Below, piece after piece: positions 59,461 through 64,000 of a DNA stretch of 64,000 nucleotides (position 1 is its first letter; each line of letters opens with the position of its first letter). The notes below the pieces were generated by a model that made no database searches, had not been told where the DNA came from, and saw nothing but the letters and a program-made list of their open reading frames with translations. Both the position numbers and the translations under genes were made by a program. This DNA comes from a virus, in IMG/VR virus record IMGVR_UViG_3300033489_000003, positions 32,001-96,000 of that record; one strand, 5' to 3'.

Positions 59461-59880
59461 ATGATCGTTCTTGTTACAGGAGGTCGTGACTTCGCCGACG
59501 AAGCGCTGCTGTATGCGACGCTCGACCGCGTCCACGCGGAGACGCCCATCCTTGCCGTCATCCACGGCGGATGCCACGAGCGCGGCAAGTCGGAGTTCTG
59601 TGGTGCCGATGGGCTGGCTGACGATTGGGCGAAGAGCCGCGGCGTGCGCGTTGAGCCGTATCCGGTCAGCGATGAGGAAGGGGAGCGAAAGGGGAAGCGT
59701 GCGGGGCCTGAGCGAAACGGCTTCTGCGTTGGTCGCCTGGCCACGCTGGCTGGGTCGCTGGGCGCCGAGAAGCTGTGCGTGGCGTTTCCCACGGGCGGAC
59801 CTGGCACGCGCGACTGCATGCGGCAGGCGCGCGGCGCGCGGGTTGAGGTTGTTGTGATTGAGGGCGGTGAGCATGCTTAG
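59461..59880 (+). CDS. DUF2493/YspA-related SLOG family protein
   Basis: VLVTGGRDF, IHGG..GAD.LA..WA, AGPERN, VAFP.GG.GT. Confidence 0.85.
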   Translation: MIVLVTGGRDFADEALLYATLDRVHAETPILAVIHGGCHERGKSEFCGADGLADDWAKSRGVRVEPYPVSDEEGERKGKRAGPERNGFCVGRLATLAGSLGAEKLCVAFPTGGPGTRDCMRQARGARVEVVVIEGGEHA

Positions 59881-60364
59881 CTTCCGCATCGACGGAGAGA
59901 GGCTGTTGCACGACAACCGTTATACCGATAGGAGCGACGCTGGTTTCCGTGCCTACATCAGTTCAATCGCGTACTGTTGCGAGTTCAGTCTTTGGGACTG
60001 CCTTGTAACTAGGGACGCGACGTGGATGTTCAGTAGGCCGGAATGCCTTGAAGCTGTCGAAGAGGAACTATTTCGTGCCCGATTGTGGGTAGTGGACGGC
60101 CGCACGCTGCAAGTCTTTGGCAAAGGCAAATTGTTCGAGCTCGTAGCGAGAGAGCCAATCTCAAAGGCTCTGCGAGCAAAAGTGGTTGCTCGCGACGGGC
60201 TACTGTGCGGTATCTGCGGTGGCGACGTCGAGTACAATGATGTTCACCTCGACCACGTCAGACCTGTGCTGCTTGGCGGACCTACAGTCGCGTCGAATCT
60301 GCGCGTGACTCATTCTCAGTGCAACTTGCGACGCCCGAAGCGGCCGGAGGAATTTATCCAATGA
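59873..60364 (+). CDS. HNH endonuclease with an initiator-like N-terminus
   Basis: RDG..CGICG..HLDHV.P...GG....NLR..HSQCN. Confidence 0.85.
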   Translation: MLSFRIDGERLLHDNRYTDRSDAGFRAYISSIAYCCEFSLWDCLVTRDATWMFSRPECLEAVEEELFRARLWVVDGRTLQVFGKGKLFELVAREPISKALRAKVVARDGLLCGICGGDVEYNDVHLDHVRPVLLGGPTVASNLRVTHSQCNLRRPKRPEEFIQ

Positions 60365-61185
60365 CTTCGTCCAACTTCGACTCCAGTGCTCGCGACCACG
60401 CCAAGTGCCAGAAGGCAGGCAACGAGGCTGCCGCGTTCTGGATGTGGTCGATCCAGTGGTCACGCAAGAATGGCACGCACGGCTTTCTCGAAGAGGGCTC
60501 GCTTCACACGATTCCGCCGACCCACATCAAGCCTGCGCTCGCCAAGAAGCTTGCTGATGCTTGCGTTGGCGCCGTAGTCAAGAAGGGCGGCGTCGGCCTC
60601 CTGGAGCGCGTCGAAGGCGGCTACCAGATCCACGACTTCGTCGAATGGTACCAGCCCGACGACGAGGAGGCGGCGAAGGAGAGGGCGCGCGTCCGTATGC
60701 GAGATGTTCGCGCGAACGATCGCGCACACAAACAACGAACGTTAGACGAACTACATGGTCACGTTGGCGATGCGTTTGCTGATGGTTCGCGTTCTCGCGC
60801 GGCCGCGGGCGGGATCTCCCCTCTGGTTCTTTCTGGATCTGATCCGGATCCTACCGGAGATCCAGATGGATCCAGTAACCGCGCGAGGGGTGGGCGGGGG
60901 TCTCGGTTGCCGGCTGGGTGGGCGCCGACCGACGTTGACCGGGCGTTCGCGGCGAAGCGCGGTTGGGGTGACGAGCGCATCGCCGATGAGGCGACGCACT
61001 TCGCGGCGCACCACACGGCCAAAGGGACCGCGTCCAAAAGCTGGGCTGCGTCGTGGATGACTTGGGTCATGCAGAGCCGTCGGTGGGAGCGCGGGAACGG
61101 CACACCACGCAGCGGCGTCCAGCGCGCCGTCCAACCGGCCCCGCTCCCCATCTCCGACGACGACGCCCCGACGGTGGTCCGATGA
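60361..61185 (+). CDS. Phage replication initiator
   Basis: N-terminal 'W...WS....G' and 'GGYQIHDF..W'; C-terminal 'RLP.GW.P...F..H......W.ASW.TW'; precedes the DnaC-like gene. Confidence 0.7.
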   Translation: MTSSNFDSSARDHAKCQKAGNEAAAFWMWSIQWSRKNGTHGFLEEGSLHTIPPTHIKPALAKKLADACVGAVVKKGGVGLLERVEGGYQIHDFVEWYQPDDEEAAKERARVRMRDVRANDRAHKQRTLDELHGHVGDAFADGSRSRAAAGGISPLVLSGSDPDPTGDPDGSSNRARGGRGSRLPAGWAPTDVDRAFAAKRGWGDERIADEATHFAAHHTAKGTASKSWAASWMTWVMQSRRWERGNGTPRSGVQRAVQPAPLPISDDDAPTVVR

Positions 61186-61919
61186 TGTCCAGGTTCGACG
61201 AGATCGCGCGCAAGGCCGGTCTAATCGCCAAGCTGCCGGCTGTTCCTGCTCGCCGCCGGTTCACGTGCGGACGCTGCGAGCGCGAGCTGTCGGCCAACGT
61301 CTGCGTGTGCGACGAGTGCGCGCAGGCCGAGCGGTACGAGCGCCGCGGGTTCGAGCTCAACCGTGCCAGAGAATCGATCCCTAGCCGGTTCCGGTGGTCC
61401 CGACTTACCGCGCCAGAGCTCGCCAAACGGCTCAAGGCGACGCCGAAGGTTATCCGGGCGGCTTGGACTGCCATTGGCGGCGCAAACCCCACCGTGACGA
61501 TCGTGGGCCAATCAGGGACCGGTAAGACGTCGCTCGCCGTGGCGATGCTGGCCGAGGTCATCGAAGCCGGCGCGGCGATGTCGTGCGACATGAAGACGCT
61601 AGAGCGGGCTCGGTTCGCTCACTTCGCCGACGCGCCGCAGCTCGCGATCTCGCGCAAAGAGCACAAGCTTGGTGCCGACGCTCCAGGTGAAGTGCTGCGC
61701 GCTCGACGCGCCAGCGTGCTGGTGCTCGACGAAGTCGGCAAGGAAGGCCGCGGAGAACTCGACGTCGCCAAGATCATTCACGAGCGCGAGGCTGCTTGCG
61801 CATTGACGATTGTGACAACGTGGCTAGATGAAGCTGGCATCTTAGCGGCATACGACGGTGGGCTGGCCCGTCGACTCTTTCGCAAGTCGATCCTGTTCGA
61901 ACTCGGAGGCGCGAAGTGA
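61182..61919 (+). CDS. DnaC/IstB-like AAA+ helicase loader
   Basis: IPSRF, GQSGTGKT, LVLDEVG, TIVTT. Confidence 0.85.
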   Translation: MMSRFDEIARKAGLIAKLPAVPARRRFTCGRCERELSANVCVCDECAQAERYERRGFELNRARESIPSRFRWSRLTAPELAKRLKATPKVIRAAWTAIGGANPTVTIVGQSGTGKTSLAVAMLAEVIEAGAAMSCDMKTLERARFAHFADAPQLAISRKEHKLGADAPGEVLRARRASVLVLDEVGKEGRGELDVAKIIHEREAACALTIVTTWLDEAGILAAYDGGLARRLFRKSILFELGGAK

Positions 61920-62154
61920 TCACGAAAGAACTGGCGGATCGCGGCAAGGAATACGGCTTGTCGCCGGCCATGACGGAAGAACTCTTCTGGGCATTCCGGC
62001 ACGCGAAGAACGGCGTTCCAGTGCACACGCACGCGGTCGGTCGTGAGCGCCGGACAGTGGAGGCGCTGGATCGCCGCCGCCTCTTGCGTTGGAAGCGATC
62101 CGGCGGGCGCGTGCTCAGCGCCAAAGGCCGACGTCTCGCCGAAAGGATGTTCGC

Positions 62155-62484
62155 GTGACGGCCGCTCCCAAACTCAAGCCATGCGTCGGCGTCTGCGGCC
62201 GAGTGCTGGCGCTCTCCGAGTTCCGACGCGACCCGTCGCACCATGACGGCCATGCCGACTACTGTCGCGACTGCGCGCCAATCCGTCACCTCATCGCGAT
62301 GCGGCTGGACGATGCCGAGGAACTGTCGCCGCAAGAGCTCACGCCCGCGATGACGTTCGAGGAGATCGGCGAAGAGTTGGGACTCACGCGTCAGCGCGTG
62401 CAGCAGATCGAGGCTACGGCGCTGCGGAAGCTACGAAACAACGCGTTCGCGATGGCGGCCATACGGAGGTTGTTGGAAGCATGA
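62155..62484 (+). CDS. Zn finger + sigma70 region 4 protein
   Basis: CVGVC...YCRDC; MTFEEIGEELGLTRQRVQQIEATALRKLR. Confidence 0.8.
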   Translation: MTAAPKLKPCVGVCGRVLALSEFRRDPSHHDGHADYCRDCAPIRHLIAMRLDDAEELSPQELTPAMTFEEIGEELGLTRQRVQQIEATALRKLRNNAFAMAAIRRLLEA

Positions 62485-62804
62485 CACCGCAAGAGATTAT
62501 CGAACGACTCCCGCCATTCGCTCGGTTGCTTCTCGACAAGGCTGCCGACGTGTACGGGGTCGCGCCCGAACTCATCGTCGGACATTGCCGGCTCAAGCCG
62601 ATCGCGTTGGCGCGGCACGCCTGGTGGGCCGCACTCTACGGACTATTCCCGCATTGGTCGTTCCCGTATATCGGCGCGCTCACTGGGCACGATCACACGT
62701 CCGTTATGTACGGGCGAGCCGAGTATCTGAAGCGCGGCCGACAGCCACTCATGCTCAGCGCGCCGGCGCCAATCGTCGTCGCCATCGAGGAGAAAGTCGC
62801 ATGA
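62481..62804 (+). CDS. DnaA C-terminal-like HTH protein
   Basis: A...YGV....I.G..R...IA.ARH...SFP.IG...DHTSVMYG. Confidence 0.8.
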   Translation: MTPQEIIERLPPFARLLLDKAADVYGVAPELIVGHCRLKPIALARHAWWAALYGLFPHWSFPYIGALTGHDHTSVMYGRAEYLKRGRQPLMLSAPAPIVVAIEEKVA

Positions 62805-63778
62805 CCACAATCGAAATCATCCTGACGGTGGCGCTGGTCGTCATCGCGATAGCGGACCTGCTGACGCACCAGCGAGCGGACGCTCGGCTCAACGACGCGG
62901 AGCGAGACATCGCGAAGCTCGACGCCGTTGGGCTCAAGCTCACGGTGGATCTCGACAAGCTAGCGGCCCGCATCCCGCCGGTTAAGGCGCGCAAGCCGCG
63001 GAGCGAGTCGGGGCCGATCAAGCGATCCGACGCGCCGATACCGTTCGTTCCCACGAATCCGAACGCGCCGTTCGTCGTTGACCTGTCGACGCCGCTGGCG
63101 GAGCCGGCGCGCGTCAGTGCGCCAGATAGACCCGCGAGCGTAGCGGTCGGAGCGTCGTCGTTCCGCGGGACGCCGAAGAAGCCGGAAGGCGATGGCGGAG
63201 GAGATGCGGCGTGATGGAATACGGATACGGCTGCTTCTTCGACTCGGCATCTCTGCCGTGGGCGATGTTTCACGAGCGCGACGACGCGATCGCCTACGCG
63301 AAAGCCGAAGTGGCGAAGCGGTTGGCAACCGGATTTTACCGATACTGCCAAATGCATGTTCACTTCAAGGACCACGACAAGCCGTGGGAGAAGACTGCGG
63401 TTTGGGATTCTGACGATTGGGCGCGGGACACGCCGGCAGTCGTCTCCTACCAGCCGAAGCAACTCGAGCCGCTTGAAGAGCCGTCGGAGTTCGAGCGCGG
63501 GCTGGCGGACGTTGGCAGGGTTGACGACGGGAAGGGATGTGGAGAATGACTGATCGCGTTCTGCACTGCTGGAAAGACCGCAAAGAAGCCACCGAAGAGA
63601 CCTACGAGTCGGAGCACGGTGCCGGCTCGTTCTTCGGTTCCGACGCGTGGGTCAACACGTGGCATGACGACTGGAAGAACGGCACGTGCATGCTTGAAGC
63701 TGGGCACGATGGGCCGCACGACTTCACGGATGACGACGACATCGGCGTGTCGTTCGTTGCGCAAGAGGATCAAACGTC

Positions 63779-64000
63779 ATGACCGCCGCAATCCTTTCCA
63801 AAATCCAAACGGACGCCTTCGCGTGGCAGCTCAAGAACTTCGGCAAGCCAGACGGTCTGCTCATGATTGCGGGCATGACCGAGGAATTTGGCGAGGCCCA
63901 GGAGCACGTGGCGGACACGGAAAGGTTCATTGACGGCGTGTCGGATTGCGCCATTTACTGCATGCAGCTCTGTTCGGTGTGCGGATGGGACATCGGAGAA
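63779..64000 (+). CDS. MazG-like nucleotide pyrophosphohydrolase (3'-truncated)
   Basis: W...NFG...GMTEEFGE...DGVSDCAIY. Confidence 0.65.
   Translation, partial: MTAAILSKIQTDAFAWQLKNFGKPDGLLMIAGMTEEFGEAQEHVADTERFIDGVSDCAIYCMQLCSVCGWDIGE

Overview
High-GC temperate phage or prophage segment. The host is probably Myxococcota (Polyangiaceae-like), inferred only from the lipoprotein style and gene content. From left to right: 1-15.8 kb (+) holds tail/fibre genes, membrane/lysis genes, an Arr-like ADP-ribosyltransferase, a papain-like peptidase and an amidase endolysin. 15.9-46.4 kb (-) is an early/accessory arm with an array-less type IV-B-like CRISPR-Cas effector operon (cas6, csf1, cas11, csf2, csf3, a CX5R phosphatase, cysH-like), a tnpA-less TnpB element, secreted lipoproteins (one a c-type cytochrome), a large serine recombinase, a Ro60/TROVE gene followed by four Y-RNA-like ncRNAs, and SSB/AAA/RecE-like recombination genes. 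A cI/cro-like switch lies at about 46.4 kb. 46.5-64 kb (+) holds a helicase, four HNH endonucleases, a DNA methyltransferase, a replication initiator with a DnaC-like loader, sigma70-r4 proteins and a partial MazG. Strongest leads: (1) the Ro60 RNA array, in which two tRNA scaffolds carry a circularly permuted Y-like module in place of the anticodon loop; (2) the type IV-B operon with an unexpected Zn-finger-Cas6 and phosphatase but no array; (3) HNH genes that parasitise host genes without splicing. All family calls come from motif recognition by eye; no searches were run.
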